Assembly: GCA_036393515.1 (NCBI GenBank)
Contig: DASWGV010000094.1
Location: forward strand, 5,527-69,526
Direction: 5' to 3'
DNA length: 64,000 nt
Source: Gemmatimonadales bacterium
GTDB taxonomy: Bacteria; Gemmatimonadota; Gemmatimonadetes; Gemmatimonadales; GWC2-71-9
In this document: positions 41,317-50,696 of the stretch, piece after piece
Position numbering within the stretch: the stretch's first letter is position 1
Layout of the letters: each line of letters begins with the position of its first letter
Program-made: the position numbers and the translations under genes
Notes under the pieces: generated by a model
Told to the model about the DNA's origin: nothing
What the model saw: only the letters and a program-made list of their open reading frames with translations
The model's database searches: none

Positions 41317-42591
41317 TCAGAAGCCGAACTCGATGCCGCCGGTCCAGAGGAAGTCTGGTTGGAGCCCCGCCTTGCGCAGCGGGATGATCCCGTTCACCAG
41401 CAGAACCGTGCCACCCCGCATGGTGAACTTGACCCCCAGCGACGCGTCCAGCCGATCCTCCCGGCGCTCCGGGAACGAGGTCGCCGGAACCTGACGCACG
41501 ATCGGCGTGGCGAACTGGATGACGCCGGGAAGCGGCAGCTTGCTTTCGCCTACTCGCCACTCCGAAATCAAATCAAAGGCCAGCGTGGCCCACGGTGTCA
41601 TCAAGTTGTCGAAGCCCAGGTTGGCCAGCACCGCGTCGCTCTGGAGCGCGCCCGTCCGGACCAGATAGCCGGCGTTCGCATGGGGGGAGAAGTTGCCGAA
41701 CTGAAGCGCCACGATGCCCAGGCCTCGAGCGGAGGTCGCTCCAGCGCCGAGCAGGTTCTCCTCGTCCCCCGTGGGGAAGCGCACTTCGGCCAGCAGGGCC
41801 GCCCCACCCTTGGACCCCTGTCCGAGGTTCACCTTGAGACGTCCCACCACGTCACCCAGCCCCGCCGCGGAGGCGTTCATGCTGCTGGTGGCGCGGACCA
41901 CCGGATTGGCGAGGTCGCCGCCGAAGAAATGCGCCGTGGGATAGCCGAAGGGCTCGACCTGCGCCGTGCTCACGCCGCGCAGCGACGTGCGCACGAACGG
42001 CACCGCCACACCCAGGTCCACGAAGTCGCTGATGCCCCAGGTGGCAATGACCGACGCCAGCAACAGGTCAATGTTCAATCCGAGGTCCAGCCGGATCACG
42101 TCATTCTCGAACACCGGATCACCCAGCCCGGGGTTCCCCACGTCCTGATGCGCGAAGTTGAGCACCAGGTTGTCCAGCGGGTCGCCGTTCAGCGTGGTGA
42201 ACGAGACGGCGCTCACGTTCGCCCCCAAGAAGAACCTCCCCCGGCCCAGCGTCTGCGAGCGCTCCCCGAACACCGGTCCGGCCGAGGTGGACGTCCTCAC
42301 CGGCAGTCCACCGACGACGGAAAAGGTGGCGCCGCTGCTGGTGGCTCCGATCGGCGTCGTGGCGGTGCTCCGGGCCATCGCTTCCGTGAGGAACGCGATG
42401 ACGGTGAGGTTCCCCGCCGCCACGTCAGGCAAGAAATGGCTCCCGTGCTCGTTGTCGAGGTCGAGGCACAGCGGCTGGCCGCACGTCCCGAAGGTGAACA
42501 GGTCGGAGAATCGCTCGCGCAAGCTCTGGGCGTGCCCGGCGGACGAGAACGTCAGGACGGCGAGGGTGGCAAGCGTGAGGGCACGGGGCAT
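41317..42591 (-). CDS. outer-membrane beta-barrel protein (MetA/phenol-pathway-like transporter family, tentative)
   Basis: Signal peptide ...SSAGHAQS, alternating beta-strand pattern, and a C-terminal GGIEFGF with terminal Phe. Confidence 0.6.
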   Translation of the reverse strand: MPRALTLATLAVLTFSSAGHAQSLRERFSDLFTFGTCGQPLCLDLDNEHGSHFLPDVAAGNLTVIAFLTEAMARSTATTPIGATSSGATFSVVGGLPVRTSTSAGPVFGERSQTLGRGRFFLGANVSAVSFTTLNGDPLDNLVLNFAHQDVGNPGLGDPVFENDVIRLDLGLNIDLLLASVIATWGISDFVDLGVAVPFVRTSLRGVSTAQVEPFGYPTAHFFGGDLANPVVRATSSMNASAAGLGDVVGRLKVNLGQGSKGGAALLAEVRFPTGDEENLLGAGATSARGLGIVALQFGNFSPHANAGYLVRTGALQSDAVLANLGFDNLMTPWATLAFDLISEWRVGESKLPLPGVIQFATPIVRQVPATSFPERREDRLDASLGVKFTMRGGTVLLVNGIIPLRKAGLQPDFLWTGGIEFGF

Positions 42592-42716
42592 CGTATCTCC
42601 GGGGGTGGACAGCGTGGTCGGGCGTAAAGATAGGAGCGGCTCGCTGGTGCTGGAAGTGCGTCACGGGAATCCGCTGCCTGGCGTTCGCGCCCTGACGCGG
42701 CCACATTGAGCCGGAG

Positions 42717-43994
42717 ATGCGTTCGCTCCTCCTCTGCGCCGCCACGGCCTGGGCGGCCAACCCGCTCGCAGCCCAAGACACCACGCAAGTCGTTCAAGAG
42801 ATCACGGGCGGTCGCTCAGCGGCCGCCGCGGCCCTGGACCTTCCCTTCCGCGTCGCGCTGTTTCCCTTGCGACTGCTCGCCCACGGGCTGAGCGACGGGT
42901 TGGGCTGGGTTGAAGGCGCGGGCGTCATCGCCATGGTGACCACGCTACCCGACCGGATCCGCCCGGCCTCGATCCGGATCGGTGGCTTGGGCGAGCACTC
43001 AGGAGCAGGGGGCGGGATCGGCGTCGCGCTGGGTCAGCGCGACGTCGCGGCGTATGGGGCCGGCGCCACGGCGAACGCGACCACGTCGGGCTATCAGCTG
43101 CACGCCGCGGAAGTCTGGTATCGGCTGGGCCCATCCCTTGCCGCCACGGTTGACGGGCAATTCCGGGTGAACACGCGGGACGAGTTTTACGGGGTGGGGA
43201 ATGCGTCCGCTCCGGGTGATCGCTCGGATTACGACTTGCGGCGGCTGGCGGGCGGCGTGGGTCTGGAATGGCGGCCTCATGACCGCGTGCGCGTGGGCGG
43301 TCGCGCCGGGTGGCGCCGGGAGAGGGCGGGGGGTGGTGGACGGAACCCGACCGTTGCAAACACCGAGCTGGTGTTCGCCGCCAGCCTGCCCCCGGCCTTC
43401 GACGTGAGTTACCGGTACCTGCGGCCTTCGATGGAGGTGGCCTGGGATGGACGCCGAGCCACGCCGCGGGGCGTGCTGGGGGCGTGGGTGAGCACCCTGT
43501 ATGCCTACAATCGCGTGGTCAATGCCGGGACGTCGGTCCCCGACGTTCGGTTCCACGAACTGGGCGGCGAAGCGCACGCCTATGCGTCGCTCGGCGGGTT
43601 GCGTCGTATCCTGGCCCTCCGCACCTGGCTGGAAGTTCGGCGCGCTGAGCGCGGGACCATTCCGTTCCACCGCCTCGCCGCCATCGGCGGCAGTCGAGAC
43701 CTGCGGGCGTTTCCCTCCACCCGGTTCCGGGACAATGACGGCCTGCTGCTCACGGCCGAATACCGCTATCGCGTGTGGGAGGACGAGCGGGCCGCCAATG
43801 GTCTCGACATGGTGCTCTTCGTGGACCAGGGCGCTGTGGCCCCGAACCTGTTTGCCGGGCTCAGGGCGAACGACTTCCACAGCGGCTACGGGATCGGCGT
43901 GCGCTTGACGGGCAAAGCTGTCCTTGGCCGGGTGGAGGTGGCCCACGGCCGCGAAGGAACCCGTCTCCTGGTTCGCGCGGGCCCCCCGTTCTGA
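42717..43994 (+). CDS. Omp85/surface-antigen (D15) family outer-membrane barrel, no obvious POTRA repeats
   Basis: Signal peptide. The C-terminal barrel motif IGGSRDLRAFPSTRFRDNDGLLLTAEYRY and a terminal ...RAGPPF. Confidence 0.65.
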   Translation: MRSLLLCAATAWAANPLAAQDTTQVVQEITGGRSAAAAALDLPFRVALFPLRLLAHGLSDGLGWVEGAGVIAMVTTLPDRIRPASIRIGGLGEHSGAGGGIGVALGQRDVAAYGAGATANATTSGYQLHAAEVWYRLGPSLAATVDGQFRVNTRDEFYGVGNASAPGDRSDYDLRRLAGGVGLEWRPHDRVRVGGRAGWRRERAGGGGRNPTVANTELVFAASLPPAFDVSYRYLRPSMEVAWDGRRATPRGVLGAWVSTLYAYNRVVNAGTSVPDVRFHELGGEAHAYASLGGLRRILALRTWLEVRRAERGTIPFHRLAAIGGSRDLRAFPSTRFRDNDGLLLTAEYRYRVWEDERAANGLDMVLFVDQGAVAPNLFAGLRANDFHSGYGIGVRLTGKAVLGRVEVAHGREGTRLLVRAGPPF

Positions 43995-44005
43995 CGCGGC
44001 ACCCC

Positions 44006-45688
44006 GTGTCCAGCCGAGTCGCCGTCGCCCTGGGAGTGGTCTTTGCGGGCCCGGCATGCGCCGGAGCGCCCCGACTCGTGGTCATCGAGCCCTACGGCGC
44101 CTACGCCGACACCACGCACGTCCCGGCTCCGCGAGCTCGGCAGTTCAGCGAGATCGCGGACATGATTGAGCGGACGGTGCTCGAGCCAGTCGAGCGATTC
44201 CTGAGTCTGGGGCGCCGGGTGCGCCGCGCCAGCCGGAGCGGGCGGGAAGCGCGGAACGTCAACGCGTGGGACGACGTCGAGAACTCGGCCTGGTTTGAGC
44301 ACCGAAACGATGTCGCATCCCTCACCATAGAGGAGCTACGGGACGGACCCGTTCCCGACGCCCGTCCGGTGGCGGCCGGACCACTCACCATTGTCGGGCC
44401 CAAACCATCCGGTGTGACGCCGGGCTTTCGCGTGCGCGACGCCAGCGGCCGGCAGTATGTCCTGAAGTTCGATCCGGTTGAGGCGCCGGAGTTGGCCAGC
44501 GCGGCCGAGGCGATCGCGACCAGGGTGGTGCACGCGGCGGGCTACCACACTGCGCAGACGTCGGTCTTCACCTTTGATCCGGCTCGCCTGGTGATTGCCG
44601 AGGGCGCGCGCATGCGTGACCGGAGCGGCGTTCTGCGCCCCATGACGGCCGCCGACGTGGAGGCCGTCCTGCAACGCGCCCATCGCCTTTCGGATGGCCG
44701 GATCCGCAGCCTGGCGAGCCGGTGGATCGTCGGGGGCATTGGGTCGTTCGACTGGGAGGGCCGGCGACAGGACGACCCCAACGACGAGATTCGGCACCAG
44801 CACCGGCGGGAGCTGCGAGGGTTCTATGTAGTCTCTGCCTGGCTCAACCACGTGGACGCGCGGCGCGGCAATACCCTGGACCAGTTTGTGGGAGACACGG
44901 CGGGCGGATATGTCCGCCACATCATGCTGGACGTCAGCTCGACGCTGGGTAGCGCTTCGAATCGACCGCAAACCCCGCGCGAAGGGGCGGAAACCACGGT
45001 GTCCTACCCGCACATGGCTCTCCGGGCGCTCACCGCTGGTGTCTATCGCGCGCCCTGGGAGCGGTTGGATACGGCGCGCGCGGGCCCGTCGGTCGGGTAC
45101 TACTCGGTGGCGAATTTCGACCCGGGCGGCTGGGCGCCGCTCCGCCCCAACCCGGCCTTCGAGGAGCGCACCGCCCGCGACGGGTATTGGGGCGCGAAGC
45201 TGGTGGCGTCCTTCTCCGACGATCAGTTGCGGGCTGTGGTCGCGGCGGGCGAGTACAGCGACCCACGCGCGGCCGACGCGATCCTCCAGGCGCTCCGCGA
45301 CCGCCGCGACGCCAGCCTCCGCTACTGGTTTGGGCGGGTCACCCCCATCGAGCAGCCCGTGGTCCGGTGTGAGGGTGAGGACCTGATGGTGTCGTTCCAG
45401 GACTACGCGGTGCGGTACGGGGTGGCGGAGGCGGCGGCAACCCGGTACGAGGTAGCGTTGGTTCACCAAGAGGCAGGGTTGCGGCGACAGGCTGAGGACG
45501 TCACGGTGCCCATTCGCGTCACCGGGGGGAAACCGCCCCGTGCCTTTGCCCCGACAACCGACGCGGCCCGCATCGGCCGGCTGATGGTGCGAGCAGTGCG
45601 CGGCGGACGGCCCGCACCGCCGGCCACCGTGTATCTGCTGTACCAGCCCGAGCGGGAGTGCTATCGAGCCGCCGGGCTAGCCCACTGA
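44006..45688 (+). CDS. secreted hypothetical protein with protein-kinase-like catalytic-loop signature
   Basis: GTG at 44006 gives a signal-like N-terminus (RVAVALGVVFAGPACAG). Internal YVLKFDP, WLNHVDARRGN and IMLDVSS resemble the Lys / HxDxxxxN / DxG elements. No family recognised. Confidence 0.45.
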   Translation: MSSRVAVALGVVFAGPACAGAPRLVVIEPYGAYADTTHVPAPRARQFSEIADMIERTVLEPVERFLSLGRRVRRASRSGREARNVNAWDDVENSAWFEHRNDVASLTIEELRDGPVPDARPVAAGPLTIVGPKPSGVTPGFRVRDASGRQYVLKFDPVEAPELASAAEAIATRVVHAAGYHTAQTSVFTFDPARLVIAEGARMRDRSGVLRPMTAADVEAVLQRAHRLSDGRIRSLASRWIVGGIGSFDWEGRRQDDPNDEIRHQHRRELRGFYVVSAWLNHVDARRGNTLDQFVGDTAGGYVRHIMLDVSSTLGSASNRPQTPREGAETTVSYPHMALRALTAGVYRAPWERLDTARAGPSVGYYSVANFDPGGWAPLRPNPAFEERTARDGYWGAKLVASFSDDQLRAVVAAGEYSDPRAADAILQALRDRRDASLRYWFGRVTPIEQPVVRCEGEDLMVSFQDYAVRYGVAEAAATRYEVALVHQEAGLRRQAEDVTVPIRVTGGKPPRAFAPTTDAARIGRLMVRAVRGGRPAPPATVYLLYQPERECYRAAGLAH

Positions 45689-46912
45689 CTACGCCCGCCG
45701 CAGTACCAGCGCGGCGTTGACACCCCCGAATCCGAACGAGTTGGAAAGGATCACATCCGGCGCAGGCAGGGGATCGCCATTGGCGTGGAGCCGCAGGTCG
45801 CACGCCGGATCGGGGACACTCAGGTTGATCGTGGGCGGCAGCCAATCGTGCCGGAGGGCCAGGGCGCAGATGGCGGCCTCGAACGCGCCGCTCGCCCCCA
45901 GCGCATGCCCGTAGTAGCCCTTGGTGCCGCTCACCGTGAGACGCGTTGCGTGTTCGCCGAACACCGCGCGGATGGCCTTCGCTTCGGTGACATCGTTCAG
46001 CGGCGTGGACGAGCCGTGCGCGTTGACGTACCCCACCTCGTGCGGCGCCACGCGCGCGTCGGCCAACGCCAGGCGCATGGCGCGCGCCGCCTGTGCGCCA
46101 TCCGGTCGCGGCGCGGTCATGTGATGCGCGTCGTTGGTGAGGGCATACCCCGCGAGCACACCGTAGACCGGGGCGCCCCGTGCTGCGGCGCGGTCGCGGC
46201 GTTCCAGCACCAGCACGGCCGCGCCTTCGCCCATCACAAACCCGTCGCGATCGCGGTCGAACGGTCGTGACGCCGTGGCGGGATCATCGTTCCGGGTGGA
46301 CATGGCGCGAATGATGGTGAACGAGGCGTAACACAGCGGCGAGAGCGGCGCCTCGGCGCCACCGGCGAGCATGATGTCCGCCTCGCCGCGCCGCAGCACG
46401 TGCAGCGCTTCGCCCAGAGCCACCGCCCCCGAGGCACAGGACATGGCGTTGGTGGCGTTGGGCCCGGCGGCCCCGGTGTGAATGGCGACGTTGCACGATA
46501 CCGCCCCGCCGAACACCGAGAGCGCCAGGCACGGGTCCACGCCCCGCAGGCCCTGAGCCGCATAGGCGCCGGCCTGGGCTTCGGCGAACGCGATCCCGCC
46601 CAGCGCGGAGCCCATCATCACGCCGATCCGGTCCCGGTCCTCCCGGGCGGGATCGAGCCCGGCGTCCTCCAGCGCCATCGCCGCGGCGGTCACGCCCAGC
46701 TGGGAGAAGCGGTCGAGCCGCTTGACCGTTCGGCGGGGCAAGTGATCGCCGCCGTCGAAGTCGGGGACCTCGCCTGCCATGCGGCTGCGGAACGGCTCGG
46801 GGTCGAAACGCGTGATGGTTCTCACCGCCGACCGCCGCGCTTGAAGGCCGCGCCACAGCCCCTCGACACCGGTGCCGATCGGCGTGACGCAGCCGATGCC
46901 GGTGATCACCAC
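45689..46912 (-). CDS. beta-ketoacyl-ACP synthase (KAS II/FabF-like)
   Basis: VITGIGCVTPIG, active-site Cys in NAMSCASG, His in DAHHMTAP and NAHGSSTP, and a C-terminal SFGFGGVNA. The start is uncertain (GTG near 46912); the ORF-track N-terminus overlaps the upstream gene. Confidence 0.85.
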   Translation of the reverse strand: MVITGIGCVTPIGTGVEGLWRGLQARRSAVRTITRFDPEPFRSRMAGEVPDFDGGDHLPRRTVKRLDRFSQLGVTAAAMALEDAGLDPAREDRDRIGVMMGSALGGIAFAEAQAGAYAAQGLRGVDPCLALSVFGGAVSCNVAIHTGAAGPNATNAMSCASGAVALGEALHVLRRGEADIMLAGGAEAPLSPLCYASFTIIRAMSTRNDDPATASRPFDRDRDGFVMGEGAAVLVLERRDRAAARGAPVYGVLAGYALTNDAHHMTAPRPDGAQAARAMRLALADARVAPHEVGYVNAHGSSTPLNDVTEAKAIRAVFGEHATRLTVSGTKGYYGHALGASGAFEAAICALALRHDWLPPTINLSVPDPACDLRLHANGDPLPAPDVILSNSFGFGGVNAALVLRRA

Positions 46913-46920
46913 GTCGGCGG

Positions 46921-47376
46921 TCAGGTCAACTCCGCGCGCCGCTTGACGCCGGCCAGGGTGCGCGACGCGATGTGGTGGATGAAGACGGGACCGATCACCA
47001 CATCCGCCGCGAGCCCGCCGATGAGCGGCCAACCGGGGCCAGTCCACTCATGAACGATCTCGACCCCGACGCCGCCGGCCACCGTATCCAAGCGCCATTC
47101 GACGTCCATGCCGGCGGTGATACCGCGGATGTGCCGGAACCGAATACGGTGGGTCTCCAGGTGCAGCGACATCTCGGAGACCCACCACGTGGGCCAGTCC
47201 AGGAAGCCGAACCGGCGCCAAGCGCTCATCTCGACCACGCCGCCCTGGGCGCGGCGCTCCAGGAACCGCACCCAGCGATAGTGCTCCAGGAAATCGGGCC
47301 AACGCTCCACGCTGGAGGCGACCTCGAAGACCCGCTGGATGGGCGCGGCCACCTGGATCTCGTCCACGGCGCGCAT
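46921..47376 (-). CDS. SRPBCC (START/polyketide cyclase-dehydrase-like) family protein
   Basis: 151 aa starting MRAVDEIQVAAPIQRVFEVASSVERWPDFLEHY, a typical SRPBCC N-terminus. Its start overlaps the stop of the methyltransferase gene. Confidence 0.75.
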   Translation of the reverse strand: MRAVDEIQVAAPIQRVFEVASSVERWPDFLEHYRWVRFLERRAQGGVVEMSAWRRFGFLDWPTWWVSEMSLHLETHRIRFRHIRGITAGMDVEWRLDTVAGGVGVEIVHEWTGPGWPLIGGLAADVVIGPVFIHHIASRTLAGVKRRAELT

Positions 47377-48050
47377 CAGCGCTCCTTCGCCCACCAGGCC
47401 ACCAGTCGCCAGCCGGGCCGCCGGGCGACCGTGGGCCGGACACCAGCCGCGGCACACAGGGCCGCCAGCTCGCGCCGATGGAATCCACGACCCACGGACA
47501 GCATCCCGTCCCGGCGAGTGACCGGATGAAAGGGGAGGATGTGCCCGGCGGCCCAAATGCCCGCTTGTGCCAGGCGCGCGCGCCGGAGATCGGCCACGAC
47601 CACGCCCATCCCCGCGAGTCCGTTGAGACACCGCAGGAATGCGGGGACCTGGTTCCGCGCCAGGTGATGCAGGACCTGGCTGACCAGCACGACGTCGACC
47701 GCCCCGGGCCGGAGCGGCAGGTGCGCCAGGTCAGCCACCAGGGCCGGCAAGTCAGCGGCTTGGCAGAGCCGCGCCGCCGGGCGCAGGTGGTCCAGCGCGA
47801 CGGGACGGAGTGCCCAGCGGGGGGCCAGGCGCGCCACCAGGTGCCGCGCAATGTCCCCCATCCCGGCCCCCACGTCCAGCAGGGTGATGGGTCCGGCGGC
47901 GCGGCCGGCCAACAGTCGCCGCACCCCCCAGGTGGCCGCCTGGCGGCCGCCGAACAGCGTGTTGCTCACGGCGATGTCGGCCAGGGTCGCGCGCACCACG
48001 GCGGGGTCGGCGTCGCGACGGTCCAGCGTCTCGACCGCGGCCGCGCTCAC
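47376..48050 (-). CDS. class I SAM-dependent methyltransferase
   Basis: LLDVGAGMGD motif I and VDVVLVSQVLHHL. GTG at 48050 in a GTGA overlap with the upstream stop. Confidence 0.75.
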   Translation of the reverse strand: MSAAAVETLDRRDADPAVVRATLADIAVSNTLFGGRQAATWGVRRLLAGRAAGPITLLDVGAGMGDIARHLVARLAPRWALRPVALDHLRPAARLCQAADLPALVADLAHLPLRPGAVDVVLVSQVLHHLARNQVPAFLRCLNGLAGMGVVVADLRRARLAQAGIWAAGHILPFHPVTRRDGMLSVGRGFHRRELAALCAAAGVRPTVARRPGWRLVAWWAKER

Positions 48051-49192
48051 GACACCAGCCGCAGCATGAAGGCGGGATGGAGCACCTGCCGGGCCGGGAG
48101 CTGGTGGCCACACACCCCTACCCAGGCATTGATCAGGTCCGAACGCCGTTGCAGACGGCGGGTCACATGATTGAAGAGTGGAGGCCGTCCGACCGCGGCG
48201 CTCACCAGGCGCTCCACCATCCATTTGCCCATGAACGCGCGCCGTCGCGCGGCCCCGTACGCCGCCAGACGATCGGGTGCGGCCGCCGCCTGCGCCGCCA
48301 ACTCCGCGCCGCGCAGCGCGGCCCAGATTCCGTCGCCGGTGAACGGGTCGAAAAAGTCCGCCGCGTCGCCCACCAACAGGAGGCGTTCCCCCCAGGCGCG
48401 GGCGGCCCGCCGCCCAAACGGTCCCACGCCCCGCACCCGATCCACCCGCCGTCCGTGCGCCAGGCGGCGAGCGATGTCCGGCACGCGGGCCACCAGCGCG
48501 TCGAACCACTCGGCGGCGTCCCGCCCGGCCGCCTCACGGCCGCGATCCACCACCACCGCCACGTTGACCAGGTCGCCGCCCACGGGAGCCACCCCCACGT
48601 ATCCAAAGCCCGTGACGTGCATCTCGCCCACGTCACGCATGTCCGGAACGGCGGTGTAGTGGGTGACCAGGGCGATGCGCCTGGAGGTCGGCGGGTACCG
48701 GCCGACCACGTGACGGGCGCAACGGGAGTGGAGGCCGTCGGCCGCCACCACGAGATCGGCGGCAACGCGCGACACACCGGCCCCGGTGCGAAGCGTCACC
48801 CGCCCCGGCCGGTCGAGCGGCTCGGCCGCAGCGGTCACCAGCGCGGCGCCGCGCGCCACCGCGTGCTCGACCAGGAGATGGTCCAGCCGGTCACGCGGGA
48901 GGGCGAGCCCGCTCGTGGGCCCGTACCACCCGGTGGCTTCCGCGCCGGATGGCGCCACGATCCGCATCCCGCGAACCGCCGCCGGCCCTCGCGCCTGCAC
49001 CGCGGGCAATACGCCAAGCCGCTGGAGGAGCGAGACGGCATCAGGGTTCAGGTATTCGGCGCAGGGCTTAGGACGGGGGAACGTGGCGCGGTCCACCAGC
49101 GCGACGCGAGCTCCGCGCCCGGCGAGCAACGCCGCGGTGGCGCTCCCGGCGGGCCCAGCACCGACCACCACGACGTCATAGCGCGGGGGCAT
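48047..49192 (-). CDS. geranylgeranyl-reductase-family FAD-dependent oxidoreductase
   Basis: YDVVVVGAGPAGSATAALLAGRGARVALVD, PKPCAEYL, and LLVGDAADFFDPFTGDG. Confidence 0.85.
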   Translation of the reverse strand: MPPRYDVVVVGAGPAGSATAALLAGRGARVALVDRATFPRPKPCAEYLNPDAVSLLQRLGVLPAVQARGPAAVRGMRIVAPSGAEATGWYGPTSGLALPRDRLDHLLVEHAVARGAALVTAAAEPLDRPGRVTLRTGAGVSRVAADLVVAADGLHSRCARHVVGRYPPTSRRIALVTHYTAVPDMRDVGEMHVTGFGYVGVAPVGGDLVNVAVVVDRGREAAGRDAAEWFDALVARVPDIARRLAHGRRVDRVRGVGPFGRRAARAWGERLLLVGDAADFFDPFTGDGIWAALRGAELAAQAAAAPDRLAAYGAARRRAFMGKWMVERLVSAAVGRPPLFNHVTRRLQRRSDLINAWVGVCGHQLPARQVLHPAFMLRLVS

Positions 49193-49228
49193 GGTCCGCT
49201 GTCCGTTTTGGCCCCGTCCGCCGCTCCC

Positions 49229-49591
49229 TCATCCCGCCAACAACGGCACCCGCTGGAGGATCTTCTCGCTCACGTCCTTGGGCAGGGCTGTTTTCACCGC
49301 GGCTCCCACGGCCGAGCCCACCTGACGCATCTGCGCGTCCGAAAGGCCGTTCTGGCTCAGCTGACGTTTGAGTGACTCCGGTCCCGCCAGCGCGATGATC
49401 TCACCCGTCCGACCCTGGGCCAGCTGGATTCCCCGCATCCACTCGTCGACCTGGGGGAACGCCGGGCCGATCTTGGAAAAGGTCGGCGTGTCGATGGCCA
49501 TGCGGACGGATGTGAACACGCTCCCCAAGACCGATCGCGCCTTCACGTCATCGCCGCCCAGAATGGTCGCTACCTGTTGGACCAAATCCAC
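49229..49591 (-). CDS. hypothetical protein (DUF2780-like, tentative)
   Basis: This is the C-terminal part of ORF 49229..49867 that does not overlap mnmA. GTG at 49591. The helical repeat pattern ...LGGDDVKARSVLGSVF...LSQNGLSDAQMRQVGSAVGAAV... gives weak family recognition. Confidence 0.35.
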   Translation of the reverse strand: MDLVQQVATILGGDDVKARSVLGSVFTSVRMAIDTPTFSKIGPAFPQVDEWMRGIQLAQGRTGEIIALAGPESLKRQLSQNGLSDAQMRQVGSAVGAAVKTALPKDVSEKILQRVPLLAG

Positions 49592-49604
49592 GGCACGCCC
49601 CCGC

Positions 49605-50696
49605 TCAAAGAGTGATGACGCCGCCGCCGAGCAGGCGGTCGCCGGCATACAGGGCCCCGGATTGCCCGGGCGTGATGGCGCGGGCGGGCTCGAGCAGCTC
49701 CAGCACCAGCCCCGTCCTGTCGTTCGGCATGAGGCGCGCCGGGACGGCCCGGGCCCGGTAGCGCACCTGGACCTGGCACTCGGCGCCGGGCGACAGAGGC
49801 TCACCCAGCCAGTTGACCTCCTCCAGGACGACGCGGTTCCCCAGGAGATCGCGTTCGGTGCCAACAATCACCCGGCGATCCGACGGCGAGATGCCCACCA
49901 CATACAGGGGCTTCCGGGAGCCACCCGGCAGGCCCCGTCGCTGGCCAATGGTGAACCGTGCGTATCCCGCGTGCTGACCGATCACGTCGCCTGCGGTGGT
50001 CACCAGGGGGCCAGGGGCCAGGGCCGGCGCATCAGCTGCCAGGTGACGCTCGAGCACCGTCACATAATTGTCGTCGGGCACAAAGCAGATCTCCACTGAC
50101 TCCGGCTTTTCAGCCGTCACCAGCCCCAGGCGCCGCGCCGCGGCGCGGGTCTCCGCCTTGCTCAGCGCGCCGACCGGCGTGAGCATCCGCGCCACCACCG
50201 CCCGGTCAATGCCCCACAGGAAATAGCTCTGATCCTTGGACCGGTCCCGTCCGCGATACAGCATCCCTTCCCGGGCCACAGCATAGTGACCGGTAGCGAG
50301 GTAGGCGCAGTCCAGCGCGTTCGCGTGAGCCAGGAGATCCCGGAACTTGGTGAACGAGTTGCACCGCACACATGGAATAGGGGTCCGCCCGGACGCGTAC
50401 TCCGACACGAAGTTCTCGATCACGTCATGCCGGAACCGGCTCTCGAGATTGAGCACGTAATGCGGGATCCCGAGCTTGGCCGCCACGTCCGCCGCGTCCA
50501 CGATCGAGTCCAGCGAGCAACAGGGCCGGTCCGGTACGGACTCGCCGTAACAGAACAGCTTCAGGGTGGCGCCGATGACGTCGTAGCCCGCCTCCACCAG
50601 GAGCGCGGCCGCCACCGATGAGTCCACCCCACCCGACATGGCGACGAGAACCCTTGGGCCTGCCGCCCTGCCGCCCTGCCGCTCTGCCGCCCTCAT
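49605..50696 (-). CDS. mnmA: tRNA 2-thiouridine(34) synthase
   Basis: [17 protein letters not shown]-loop, catalytic-Cys context IPCVRCN, and [16 protein letters not shown] at the C-terminus. Confidence 0.9.
   Translation of the reverse strand: MRAAERQGGRAAGPRVLVAMSGGVDSSVAAALLVEAGYDVIGATLKLFCYGESVPDRPCCSLDSIVDAADVAAKLGIPHYVLNLESRFRHDVIENFVSEYASGRTPIPCVRCNSFTKFRDLLAHANALDCAYLATGHYAVAREGMLYRGRDRSKDQSYFLWGIDRAVVARMLTPVGALSKAETRAAARRLGLVTAEKPESVEICFVPDDNYVTVLERHLAADAPALAPGPLVTTAGDVIGQHAGYARFTIGQRRGLPGGSRKPLYVVGISPSDRRVIVGTERDLLGNRVVLEEVNWLGEPLSPGAECQVQVRYRARAVPARLMPNDRTGLVLELLEPARAITPGQSGALYAGDRLLGGGVITL

Noticed and set aside
43775-44005. Upstream extension of ORF 43775..45688
   Set aside because: It overlaps the 3' end of the Omp85-family gene in another frame. 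The GTG at 44006 yields a sensible signal-peptide-like N-terminus.
47048-47851. 267-aa minus-strand ORF in a third frame across the SRPBCC and methyltransferase genes
   Set aside because: It overlaps two genes that have clear family motifs and coupled start/stop junctions. Its sequence is Trp/Arg/Pro-rich, without motifs.
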